From positions 64,480,001 to 64,544,000 of the forward strand of contig OX597819.1 of NCBI GenBank assembly GCA_951406725.2: a DNA stretch of 64,000 nt, given 5' to 3'. A program made the translations under genes and the position numbers. This DNA comes from Octopus vulgaris. Lineage: Eukaryota. Positions 41,577-54,480 of the stretch are shown piece after piece. The notes beneath the pieces were generated by a model that searched no databases, was not told where the DNA came from, and saw only the letters and a list, made by a program, of their open reading frames with translations. The stretch's first letter is position 1. Every line of letters starts with the position of its first letter.

Positions 41577-42309
41577 TAATAAGAATAATAATGATGATGA
41601 TGATGATGCTAATTATAATATATAAAAATATTCCTTTCTACTATCGGCAAAAGGCTTCAAATTTGTCAGGAGGGGAATGGTTGATCACCTCGACTCCAGT
41701 GTTTCAGTGATACTTAATTTATCGACCGCGAAATGATGGGAGGCAAATTGACCTCGGCAAAATTTGAACTAAGAACGTGAAGATGGATGTGTTGATTAAT
41801 GTGTGATATTACAGCAAAATTTGCACACACGCACTTAAACATATGGTATGTGGTAACTCAGCTGTAGAATTCTTAAGTGGAAGAAGTCCCGTCATTCAAA
41901 TACATCGGATCGTTAGTTCATGACAGTATAAAGGACCTGGGTTCACATAGATCTTGGCTTCTATGTCTTCTTATTGTCTTTGAAATTATACTTGTTGTGG
42001 AGATTGAACTTTCCACATTCAGAGTATCCTGTTTGGTTGAAGCGTGGTGTATTTCTAAAAACAATCAACGTACACGTTTGAAAAAAATCCAACCTCAAGG
42101 ATTTTGATCAAGTCACGCTCCACCAATGGTCGCTATTCTCTTTTATGCGTTCTCCATAATGACACTTACGTGTCAGCATGGATGAGTAAGTGCCTACTTT
42201 GGTCAGTAGGTAGGAAATATATATATTCCCTACAGCTCTTCATGGCGAATATTTAAACCATCTTACAAATATTCACTGTAGCATTAACAGATTGGATTTG
42301 TAAAATATG

Positions 42310-42560
42310 CGTGAGTCTATTTTGCACTTTGTTCGAGAAACATAGTATTTGTACGTTTTTTTTCCTGTAAATTTGTAGGCACATAGCTGAAGGCACCTAT
42401 CATTATAGGTACACATGAGAATTTATAGTCAGGGTACAAGAGCTGTACTTTCCGGATTACTTCTCCATAAACGCATCCTTCTTTGTTTTGTTTTAATTTT
42501 GATGGTATATTTACATCTGCTAAGCAACTGACCTCTACTAGAGTGCATGACATTTATTCC
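42310..42560 (-). pseudogene. RLE-type non-LTR retrotransposon endonuclease fragment
   Basis: CTLVEVSCLADVNI...YGEVIRKVQLLYPDYKFSCVPIMIGAFSYVP. Confidence 0.65.
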
Positions 42561-43574
42561 TCGCGCAGAGAATAATTTATGTGTATATGTATGCATGTAT
42601 GTTTGTATGCATGTATGTATACATGTGTGTATTTATGTATGTACGTAGTTATGTAGGTATGTATGTATATAGGTACGTATGTATGTATCTGTATGCATGT
42701 ATGCATATACGTATGATTTCTCCACGGATATAGAGAACGAAATTTCTATTGATACATATCAAAATTAATATTGGGGTATATTGATATCTAGCTGTATTAG
42801 AAGTGAATAGGAGCAACTGTTCTCTATATACAAGCAATCGTACATACACACAAACACACACACACATACGCACACGCACACACGCACGTGAACACACACG
42901 CACAGACATATACATTGATATACACATGCACACATACATACATAAGCAAAACGATACATTTGTGTGAGGGAGAATAAAAAGTCAAAAGTATTCTCGACGA
43001 ATAATAATAGTCCTTTGGCATTAGATATCGGATATTCACATCTCACCAAGTACATAACAAATCTAATAGAAATTTTAGGCAGCGATAGAAGGAACATTTT
43101 ATTAAAGTCATAATACTGATCATAATAATATCTGAAAAGTTTATTATCAAAGTTTAGCGAGAAGAAATGTGGTCATTTCCTTTAAACATAATGGAAGGGT
43201 AGTTGAGGAAAAAGAAAATGCCTTCTGCAAACCGCAAGAGGACCATTAATCTTACTAAATATTTTGTATACCAATATTCTCACTAGTTACATAAACGTAA
43301 GTCTAAAACTTTCCGTAGGACATAGTGCGAAGGAGTATGTCAGTGTGTTCTTGTCTTTGTCTATGAATGTATATTGTCACTGGTGCTGCGTTATGTTATG
43401 CAATATAAATGATTCAGTCATGTGTAATATAATGTGACTTATGGTGATAGATAATACACTGTTGTCAATATTTAGAGAGCATAATCTGAATTATATGTAT
43501 AAAGATAAACATACCTACATATCTATCTACATCTATGTCTCACTTTCTCTCACTCTCACTCTCACTATTGTGTT

Positions 43575-43625
<51 letters not shown>

Positions 43626-43639
43626 GTGTGTGTGTGTTT

Positions 43640-43940
43640 TGCGAGAGAGAAGAGTGACAACCTGGCCACTGGTGGTGGTGTAACACACAATAATAATCAT
43701 ATCCGTCGGGCATGTGGAAGAGAGTGTGATTCGGCAGGAGGACTTAAACGACATGCAAAGGTACATGAAGCCCAGTTACAACTACAGTCGGCTATTACCG
43801 GTAAAGGTATTAGTTACCAATTCTGTACAAGACATTGTAGGTCTTTAGCTGGGCTAAAAATTCACATTCGATCACAGCACCAGTAACAGTTAAGCTTCAT
43901 GCTATGGCAATACTCGATAACGAGGGGGCAGCCATAATAA
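43640..43940 (+). pseudogene. RTE-like LINE 3' end with two C2H2 zinc-finger remnants
   Basis: RACGRECDSAGGLKRHAKVH and QFCTRHCRSLAGLKIHIRSQH*; tail actcgataacgagggggcagccataata. Confidence 0.65.
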
Positions 43941-44554
43941 TATATGTTTTGACGCAACAGAGTCGTATCATCTCTTACATTCTTGCATGTCCGTTATAGC
44001 ATTTCCGAATTTGTCTATACATTGCAATGCTATTTTAAAAAGATACTACTTATTTAATATGATGATTAGAATCGTCATTATTTAAGTTTTATATCAGCCG
44101 TCTAAAATTTTGCTTGACGATCGTGGGTTATATGCTATGATATAATCTATGAATACACTATGCTTTTCTTGTGAAGAGTGTGACTAGAAAACCCACAAGA
44201 CAAAAAGCAAGGCCTGTCAAACGACTGATGAATTTAGTGTTGAATGACTATTTAGCAATAGACCCCTGGGAGTAAGGTGGCGTCTAGCGGTTGTTGGATC
44301 TTTTCTTTGCGATGGAGATTATTGCACTCCTATATTCCTATATTGGCACTAAGAATTCTGTCTTCAATTGTCTCTGAATCAAGTTAATATGATGGAGACA
44401 ATTTGCTAGAAGTGTTCTACGGCAAGCACAAACATCGTAGTCGCAAACCCGAGTGAAACAAACAATTATGAATGGTATTTGCAAGCACTTTGCTTGGCGA
44501 TAGTCACTGTGGGTCTAAATGCCCACTGGACAGCCATGTGAGGGAGTATATGTA

Positions 44555-46284
44555 TCTGTTGTGTGTGTGTTTTGCGTGTGTGTGTGTGTTTGTGTGTGAA
44601 TGTGTATATGGGTTTGTTATTTAGGTTTTGGGATGTATGTGTTAATTTGTTTGTGTGGGGAGGGAGTGGGTTTTGGTGTATATTGAGGTTTATAAGTTAG
44701 TATAGGTATGTGTATAAGTCGTGGGTCTGTGATTTACGTGTGTGTATTTGTGTGTGAATGTTTAGGTTAAGGGGATTACTATATAGACTGTTATAGAGTT
44801 TAGCAAAGGGAGATTTTATCGTTATATGTTTTTGAGAGTTTTGGTTTATCATGGTTTTTTTTAGGGAATTCGTGGTAATTTGTCTATTTTCGATGTTGGT
44901 TGTTTTATTACATTGTTTCATTCATAATTTTTGAGTGGTGTTCGTTTTGCCACGTGAATATTATTTTTAATTCCATTTATTCCATTTCTCCATTCATTAA
45001 TTTAGAGATGTTTGTTTCCAGAGCGGTTATACTTTTTATACATATGTTAAGTTCCTTGGTAAAGTAATTTTGTTTGGTGTATATGTTGAGGCGTATATGT
45101 ACTTGTGGGTGTGAGTGAGTGGGATGGGTGTTTGTATTTGTTATGGGTGTGTGGTTTACGTGTGTGTTTTTGTGTGTGAATGTATAGGTTAAAGGGATTG
45201 CTATATAAGTATGTTATAGTGTTTAGTAAAGGGAGGTTTTATCATTTCTGTTTTGTGAGTTTTAGCTTATCATGGTAGTTTTATAAAAGAATCCATTCAT
45301 AATTTTTGTGTTTATTTGTCTGTGTGGGGTTGAGTGGGTTTTTGGAGTATATGTTGAGGTTTATATGTATGTATTGGTATGTGTAAGTGGTGTGGGTATT
45401 TGTATATGTCGTGGGTGTGTGGTTTACGTGTGTGTATTTGTGTGTGAATGTTTAGGTTAGGGGGATTGCTATATAGGTATGTTATAGAGTTTAGTAAAGG
45501 GAGATTTTATCATTATATGTTTTTGTGAGTTTTGGTTTATCATGGTAGGTTTGTTAAGGAATTCGTAGTAATTTGTGTATATTTGCGATGTCTGTTGTTT
45601 TATTGCATTGTTTCATTCATAATTTTTAAGTAGTGTTCGTTTTACCAAGTGAATATAATTTTTAATTCCATTTATTCCATTTCTCCGTTCATAATTTTGA
45701 GTGATGTCCGTTTTCTAGAGCGTGAATGTGGGTTGTATGTGTGTGTGTGTGGGAGTATGAATAAGTATTGTGTTGAAGTATTTAGCTATTTTATTTATTT
45801 TTAGTTGCCTAGACGTTTTTATGTGTATGTATAGGGATATATATATATAGGTGTGTGATTTAGTGTATGTAGTTAGATATGGTTATATATAATTAGGTAT
45901 ATGTGTATGGGTGTATATATAGTTTATTATTATATTATTATTATTTTTTTGTTTTGTTTTATATTTTATATTTTATATTTTATATTTAATTGTTGATAGG
46001 TTTATTTTAGTTTATATATTGTTTATATATTGATTATATATGGATTATATATAGGTTATATATGGATTATATATTTATATTTTTTCATTCATACTTTAAT
46101 TATTTTAAAATTATTATTTGTATATTTTAAAATATTGATATTTTAGATTGAAGTCCACCTGAAGATTGTCGATCAAGACAAGAAACGATTGTAGTGGCGG
46201 TTTTTTTGACTATTTATTAAAATTTTATGTATTGATTAAGTCTTTCCTTGTTTGTTTTGCAAAATAGTGGTTTTGTCTCTAATA

Positions 46285-46290
<6 letters not shown>
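44555..46290 (+). mobile_element. G/T-skewed tandemly duplicated element ending in an HHR and (TA)n
   Basis: Subunits ~44640-45030, ~45060-45300, ~45310-45720; C-poor + strand; HHR at 46155. Confidence 0.65.
46155..46197 (+). ncRNA. Type I hammerhead ribozyme, predicted cleavage after GUA at 46193
   Basis: ccac-CTGAAGA-ttgtc-gatcaa-gacaa-GAAAC-gatt-GTA-gtgg; stems I and II fully paired, stem III minimal. Confidence 0.8.
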
Positions 46291-46339
<49 letters not shown>

Positions 46340-47606
46340 CACGTTTGTATGTTATTGTTATATTAATGGTTGCTGGCCCATTGTATTTCTGAAGTAGAAA
46401 GCAAATCTTGAAGGATGTCACATATTTTGAAGTAATAGATAATTGAAGTAAATTATTAACCCATATATGCCCATAAATGATTTCACTGTATTCAGATTAA
46501 ACGTTAGTGTAAGCTTTCACAATCTGGAAGAGAAGGACAGAATGCAACTTTTAGCTATGGGTGTCGACTACCTACTGAACAATTAGTGTACCCAGACATA
46601 TGCTTTCCAGCAAGTTCATGCTTGAACAAATAGGAGTAGTATTTGCGATGCGAAAACGCAACCAGGGGTATATATGGCTTAAATGTCTGAAATCTTTTCG
46701 TTAGTGAATGCGTGCAGGCGTTATTAGTAGGAATGAAATAAAAAAGAAATTAATGCTCACAGTAAGAAAATATTACGCAGAATAAAGAGAATGTTATTGA
46801 GAATATATCAATGAGTGTATATATCAATGAGTGTATATGTTGCCATTATTATTTGTGTATATTGAGTGTCCTGAGTGAACAGCTTTAATAAAGTATTACA
46901 GCATTGAATATGAAAATCTGATTCAAGATTTTTGTCCTGGGTATATGAGAATGAGGAATCTGTTACTAAGCATTTCCAGGTTTTTTCATGAGAATTTTCT
47001 TGGGGAATGAAAATTATGTCTACTTGGTGTAATTTCATGCTTTTATAGGAGAGCTGCAAACAATTATATACTGTGACTTCTCTTATAATATTGTCGAGTA
47101 TTCAAACTATTTGCCTAAATTAACTTAAATTTGTGACGATTGAGTTAACTCCATTTATACTAATCAATAATTTTATGGGTGACGTCAATCGACGGTGTAT
47201 GTAGCATTGTATAATAAATAGTAATTATGCATTTGATAAAATAATCTGGCTTCTTTCGCTTTGAAACCTATTATGCATTGGGAGTTTAGCCATGCTGTAT
47301 CGGCACTACTTTCCTTCAGAAACGATTGCTATTGAGGAGACAAAAGACTTGATGCATAAGTAAAGGTAGCTTTTGCACAAAGTTGTGTTTAGGGAAGAGA
47401 AAATATTCATATATTCATATATTTTGTCAAGCATAAACGAGACGATATACATGTACGTGTATGTACATCTTCAAAAGTATACGATACACAACGTTGCCCT
47501 CCGTGTACAAACAAATCAGCATATAATAATGATAATAATAATAATGATAATAATAATAATAATAATGATAATAATGATAATAATAATAATAATAATACTG
47601 CTGCTG

Positions 47607-47645
<39 letters not shown>

Positions 47646-47649
47646 ATAC

Positions 47650-47696
<47 letters not shown>

Positions 47697-48190
47697 TGTA
47701 GGATAAAGGGAATGTTACCATGCTTGATACCACTAACATTGATTCTGAGGAAAGGAGAAGCTGGGTAAGTATTCAAAAGCCACCAACAAGAAGTCACCTA
47801 CTTGTTAATAATTGATGACTTCAAACGTTATTGTAACAATGAATCTCTAGTCAGTTCTCTCGTTGAAACGGTGTATACCTTCAATGCTTATATCAGAGTA
47901 GTGTTCTGACTGAGAAAGTGTGGTATGTTAGACTTGAAGAGAGGCAAAATAAAATCTATGCATGGGCTAACGATACCACCGCTGTAGATTCTGAAGCAGA
48001 AAAAAGAGACGAGCTACAAGTACATGGGGATTTGGGAAATGGAAAAATTAATGGAGAAAGAAATGAAAGAAAAATTTAGGGTGGAGTACTTGCGCAGACT
48101 GAGACTGATCCTAAAATCGAAATTTAAAGACCGGAACAAGATTGAAACTATCAACACCTGGGCGGTTTCACTTCTGAGATATGGTGCAGG

Positions 48191-48195
<5 letters not shown>
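47697..48195 (+). pseudogene. R4/Dong-type RT internal fragment between (AAT)n tracts
   Basis: CLIPLTLIL; YLLIIDDFKRY (YMDD motif); SYKYMGI; EYLRRLRLILKSK..RNKIETINTWAVSLLRYGAGV. Confidence 0.9.
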
Positions 48196-48252
<57 letters not shown>

Positions 48253-48316
48253 AAAGAAGAAGAAAAAGAAGAAGAAGAAGAAGAAGAAGAAGAAGAAGAA
48301 GAAGAAGAAGAAGAAG

Positions 48317-48350
<34 letters not shown>

Positions 48351-49227
48351 GCAGCAGCAGCAACAAGAACAAGAACAAGAACAAGAATCTATTAGTTCAT
48401 TTTTGTGATTTTTTGTTTTGAAAATCTGGTCTGTTGAGTACGAATATATCGAAAAAATATTAAAGCAAAAGTGGCACTATTACAATTTGTAATATTAATG
48501 GGAGTAATAACTGTTTTAAAGCAATATATAATTGTCTTATAGTTTAGCATTGTTATTAATAGAAATATTTTGAAAGTTTCATTGAAATGGCAACAAGAAT
48601 ACTATGAAAGTTATTATGAGAGGAAAAACAAATGGAAGTGTAGAAAAAACGGGATTGCAAAAGTAAAATACGTGCAAGTGGAAAGAAAAATATATTAAGT
48701 ATAAAAGGTAAAATTCAAAGAAATAAAACAGAATATGTGAATATTCTTCAATTATACCGCAACGTAAATAGTATTTGTTAATCGCTGTAGCATAAATCGA
48801 ATATAATTTCACATGCATTTCATGTATGATAAATCTTGCCAACTCAATTATGACATGTGTTTAGAATCTAGGAAGGGGCTGGTGTGAGGGAGAAAAAGAG
48901 AGTGAACAAGGAAGAAAGCGAGAGAAAGAGAGTGAGGGAGAGGGAGAGAAGGAGTAGAGGAAAGGAGAGAGACGTAATGAGAGGGGGAAAAAGGGAAAGA
49001 TATACACAAGAGAGAGACTGCGCCAGTGAAAAGCGGGGCAGATATGCGAGTGCATATGAAGGAACATAAACGTAAATTTATAGCGCCTATGTTCATGCCT
49101 ATATGTGTTTACCATGCGTATGGGCATGTGTATGTGTGCGTGCGTGTGTTTTGGTTGTGTGTGTACACACACAATAATATATATATACATACATATACAT
49201 ACATATATATATACATATATATGTATG

Positions 49228-49320
<93 letters not shown>

Positions 49321-49609
49321 TTTAGAGAGGAACCACCACTGCAAAACTCAGTCAATAAAGAACCCATCCAAACCATTCTGTGAGACATATACCATAAATA
49401 AACTAATCTAAAATTTTAATAATATGTAATATTGAACATTAAGATTATTATAATTATATGACATATGAGAGCAAATACTTTAAAAATCTCAGTGAATACC
49501 CTACAAAGAAACATTCATCATAAAAATATTAATCAAAAGTCAAATAAATTATAAATTCAACAATTAAATTAATACAATAATATAATGTATAAAAGTAAGT
49601 ACTTGTACA

Positions 49610-49730
49610 TTCACTACGCGCGATTCATGGCTGGGTTAAGACTATATAAAATCATATAAGGAAACTATATGCAAGTTCATTAGAACGGGGAAATGATTTT
49701 ACTCCCCAAATCAGTCTCTCCGCAGGTCAA
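49610..49730 (-). ncRNA. Decayed HHR with large stem II domain in a TA-anchored element (~49315-50040)
   Basis: Minus strand ttgac-CTGCGGA-(~95 nt)-GAATC-GCGC-GTA-gtgaa; two core substitutions. Confidence 0.4.
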
Positions 49731-50046
49731 ATTTCTACAAAAAATTTAATAGCTAAAATTTAACTTACTTCATAATATGATGAGGAATAAAAAATAAGGA
49801 ATAAAGAAATATATATATAAAGAAACGAAACCTGTAATGTAATCCCTAAGTTTAAGGCATTAATCTTGTCAAAAGTTACGAAAAAAAAATTCAAATATAG
49901 TATTATTGTGAAACTGATTAATTCATTATGGAGAAGGTAAATATAAGTAAATACGTGTTAGTGTATCATGTTAATAAAATACGTATATCGATATTGTTTA
50001 GAATAAATTTAGAAAACATGATTTCTCTGCCGTCGAATTATTGCAA

Positions 50047-50916
50047 AATAAACGGCAAAATGTCTGTGTGTGTGTGTGTGTTTGTGTGTGTGTCCTTCAT
50101 ATAAATAAACAATTTTTCAGTTAGAGGGCTCGTACTTTCTATGGTCATTTGCAACCGTCTAAGGGTGGTTATGCACATCCTTACATTTCCCCAGTTACCC
50201 CGCAAAGCCATTAAAAATCAATAGAAGTAACTTATTTGTGAATTTTCTATCCAAAACCCAATCAAAATGCGCGAAACCTGATACGCCTATTTCATGCCAG
50301 CTAGCTGTATGTGATTGGTCGGAGATTTGGACAGTACACGCGTGTATGTGTGCACGCACGCAGCTGTATATGTATGCATGACTCAATGCGCAAACTAAGA
50401 GGCCAGTTTATGAACACGTAAGAAATAATTAATTAACGGATACGGCTAAGTGAATGCCAAGAAAAAGCGAGATTTTCATGAAAGGTCAATATGCTTGCTA
50501 TGCTATCATTCTTGAAGTATGTCATAAGGGAGTTGGAGCCTATTTAATGACTCTACTTAAAAAGCGCTTTCAATTGAATAAAATATCCAGCGAGTTGAAC
50601 CCTTAAGGGATTTTTCGAAACGTTTCTTTGTTTGCATAAATTTAGCGGCTTAATTTCGCTACAGATCGAATCATTTGATATCTACATAGCTGATACTTAG
50701 GATCATCAGGTTGATCTTTTCGGTGGGTTGGGTGTGAAACCAAAACTTACAAACCCCTCATATAAATCTCTAACTAGCTCAAAAGCAACAAAACTGGCCC
50801 AGGATGAAATCTGATATGAAACTTAGTTCTTGATTTTCTGAACGATTTTCACTGCGATCCGGCACCGAACAACAAGCCCTAGCACTAGACCCGGCAACGC
50901 CGGGTCATAGTGCTAG
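50047..50916 (+). mobile_element. Non-autonomous Helitron-like element
   Basis: 3' hairpin gacccggc-aac-gccgggtc followed by atagtgCTAG (50913-50916) and T; 5' region with (TG)n. Confidence 0.75.
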
Positions 50917-50925
50917 TATATATAA

Positions 50926-50941
<16 letters not shown>

Positions 50942-50959
<18 letters not shown>

Positions 50960-51168
50960 ATGTATGACTTTGAGAGTGTCTCTGTAACCGTACCATCACT
51001 CAATACTGATGTTGGTGTTTTTCTGTCATCGTACACTAGCGGTTCGGCAAAAAATACCGATAGAATATGTACTAGGCTTACAAAGAATAAGTCCTTGCCT
51101 CGATTAGTTCTATAAAAGGCGGTGCTCCAGCATGGACGCAGTCAACGTACTGAAACAAATGAAAGAAA
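50942..51168 (+). mobile_element. SINE family A, 3' part
   Basis: tagcggttcggcaaaaaataccgatagaat...aaggcggtgctccagcatgg...ctgaaacaa. Confidence 0.75.
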
Positions 51169-51236
51169 TATATATATATACATACATATAAATGTGTATA
51201 TAACTATATGTATATATATATACATATATATAGATA

Positions 51237-51489
51237 TACAATAATATGTTACATTACTCGATAGTCAAGATAAAACTCTGAGTTTCAGATGCCGAAGTGG
51301 AAATCCACAACACCATCTCTTCGGTTATCTGGCTATCAAGAGATGGTGTTGTGGATTTCCACTTCGGCATCTGAAACTCAGAGTTTTATCTTGACTATCG
51401 AGTAATGTAACATATTATTGTATAGATAAATTTCCTCTATTTACATAATATTGAAGTCTCTTTCTTTCTTTTGTTATCTTACCGTTTTA

Positions 51490-51493
<4 letters not shown>
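51237..51493. mobile_element. Perfect fold-back (85-bp arms 51237-51321 / 51338-51422) of a TA-targeted HHR element
   Basis: Arms are exact reverse complements by eye; right arm continues to (TA)n at 51494. Confidence 0.9.
51268..51330 (-). ncRNA. Type I HHR variant (CCGAAGA core, GUU site)
   Basis: Minus strand agataa-CCGAAGA-gatg[gtgtt-gtgg-attt-ccac-ttcgg]catc-t-GAAAC-tcaga-GTT-ttatct. Confidence 0.65.
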
Positions 51494-51532
<39 letters not shown>

Positions 51533-52964
51533 GTATATATACACACTACATACACACACATATCTATATATATATATATGCATACACATATACATACATA
51601 TATATGCATATATTATGCAGGCATACATACATATATATATATATATATATAATATGCATATATATGCATACATGTGTATTTTATTGTTATTTTCTATGAC
51701 CATCGGGATCCTCGTTCGTAATCCTTTAAATCAATGTCTATTACCTATCCCATCCTCGTCATGAAAACTTCCTTTCAGTTAGATTCCCATAATTCCTACC
51801 CTGTCAGAGATTCCTTCATCTCTCTTCCTCGGGCACTACACACTCACCTATTCCTCCCTTTGGTAGTATGTTCAAAATTCCATTTAGTAAGAAACATTTT
51901 CAATTATAACGATATAATTAATTGCTCACATGTTTTTATTAGTTCTCTTACATTTCTATATATTTCGGAAGTTTTTCTGTCTTCTTTTTATTTTGTGTTT
52001 GTGTGTAGTTTCTTTTTCTTAGTGTATGACTTCCAATTTCTTCAACTTACATTCGGTACAACCATATAGAACACTCTTCAATAATTTTACGTATATTTCT
52101 ACTATTAAATCTCTTAATTATGTCCGTATTAATATGGGCCTTCCATCTTCTTTTTTTGTATGTCTATATCAGTTGTTATTAATACTCTATCATTTCTAGA
52201 CAATAATAGTCTTTTTGATAACTTCACGTTCACTATAATCTCATTTATTATTTCATAACGCTCTCGAACTTCCTCTAGTGTCTCATGCATTGATAATCTT
52301 TCTGCTTCACCAGCTTTCACTTCCAAGAATTTTCCTTTATTACTTCTTCAACACATTTCCATTTTTCTGCTGAGATTCCGATATAAAGCTTATTTCAGCT
52401 TTAATGTCCATCTTTTCTGTCTCAAGATTTCAACAATTCGTCTGTCATTCTGACTCGTATCCGTAACTTCCATTCTGTCAAACGAATACCGTAGATCAGA
52501 TATTTCGTACATTAATACATTGAATTAAGCCAATTTTCTATAATCACCATGTCAAACTATTGATAATATATAGAGAATTGCAGCTGAGATAATAGTATCG
52601 TAATAAGTTTGCCAGAAAATATACGTGAATTATATAAATGCATTTTATCGCATATGTAGACTTCGACGTTTGATTGCTGAATGCAGGTAGTTAAGGTGTA
52701 TAGGATAACAGATGATAATTTACAACGTGCAATTCGCCAAAAATTTAGAAGTTCAGCACTAAAATGAAACTGGAGTTTGTAGTATAGTGCAACACGCTGG
52801 GCTTTTTATTGTCCCCCTCCCCCCACGCCTAGAGTTACTGCTATAATAACTTGGTGACGAAGGGATAAATCGAATGTTTACCGACATTTAGTAATCATTT
52901 AATTTATCTGGATTATGCTGTTACGTTTTTCTTTTTGTTAGCAATGGAACATCATATTCGTTTT

Positions 52965-53150
52965 CTGCTATAGGAACAAGGCCGGAAATTTTGGAGAAGA
53001 AGTCCAGTCGATCCCAGCCCTCAGTTGATATTTAGTTTATCGATCCCGAAAGAATAGGTGGCAAAGTCAATATCAGCATAATTCGAACACTGAATATATG
53101 ACGAAATATAAACGTCGGGAGAATAGCCGCTATGTATTTTGTCCGCCAGC
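52965..53150 (-). mobile_element. SINE family B, degenerate
   Basis: tttatcgatcccgaaagaataggtggcaaagtcaa. Confidence 0.55.
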
Positions 53151-53799
53151 TCACTTTCTTCAAATGAAGCATCATTATGACAAATTATGATATATAAAGC
53201 CAATGCATGATATATTTGTCTGATTAAATAGGCAAATCTGAGAACTGGAATTTGGACATTAATAATAACACACTTACGTTGATCAAGCAATCGACGTGAA
53301 GGAATGTGATGTGACATTTGCTGGTAAATAACAGGAGACAAATAAATTTTAGCAAATGGAAATACTGTACAACGTAATTGTCAATTTACAGTTTGAATTA
53401 AATGGAACATTTAAAAATGTGAATACATCTAAATGTGCATGAATACAGATTTGCGATTTAAATTAAATTTCATGTGTAATATTAAAGAATCATTTAAAGA
53501 CAATTCTGAAAATGCTTTCCCCATGTGACAACTCGTTTGAATATATGCATTGTATTTCGGAAATAAAGCTAGTTCTAAGAGAAGAAAATGTAAGACAGCT
53601 GCGATGTCTTCTGCTATATTTGTAGATGTTACACTTTATCTAGGCAGCGAAACAAACTGATATTTTCACAGGCATGAAAGAGTACTGAAGACAAATCCTG
53701 GGCATCCCATATAGTAATACATGTTGAAATACTGAGGAAGTGACTTTCAAATACGTAAGCAGAAAAATCGTCAGCTTTATGTTGCTATAAAATTAAGTT

Positions 53800-54480
53800 T
53801 TTTGTGTTTAATTGTCCAATGATTAGGTGGCTATTGCAGGACAAGCACTTTTGGAGATAATGTCTGGCGTTGAAAAACAAGCACGGAATATTTTTGCTGC
53901 AGATGTGTCTGAATTTCTGGAAAACAGGAAGGTGTCACATTATGACGGACTTGTGCAGACCCTGTCAACTAGTTTTCGAGCACTGAGCTGCAGCATATGT
54001 GTAAAAGTGATTTTCCTGCAGAATCATATGAACTACTTTCCTGAAAAGCATAGGGCAGTAAATGATAAAAAACATGAAAGATTCCACCAAGACATCTAGT
54101 CTATAGAGACTAGGTATCATGAAAGGGGGAGCGTAAACGCCATGGCTCACAACCGCTGGTCTCTGCAACGAGACTGTCGTAATATAAGATATTCACGTAA
54201 AACAGCAAATATAAACATCGTTCCTTGCTGGAAATCCAGTTTGATTGACATATTTATCCAAAGATGTGCAATTAAACATTTTGTGGAATATATCTGTAAA
54301 AACAATACAAAATACTATATAGTTTCTTATTTTAGTATTGCATTTAATGGCAAAATCGACATTGTTTGGTAGAAAATGTATTCTTGTTTAGCAAATGTAT
54401 TTGACGTGATAGGAAATTTCTCAGGGCATTTTTGAACCCAGCAACATCAAATTAGACAGATTTATTGTAAAGAGCAGTTT
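53800..54480 (+). pseudogene. DNA transposase C-terminal remnant (Chapaev3/CMC-like)
   Basis: FLENRKVSHYDGLV...VKVIFLQNHMNYFPEKHRAVNDKKHERFHQDI...RY...WSL resembles LKIHFLHSHLDFFPENLGAVSDEHGERFHQDI; superfamily assignment from memory. Confidence 0.7.

Noticed and set aside
46808-47059. Minus-strand 83-aa ORF after a possible splice acceptor
   Set aside because: No recognisable domain, donor site or partner exons.
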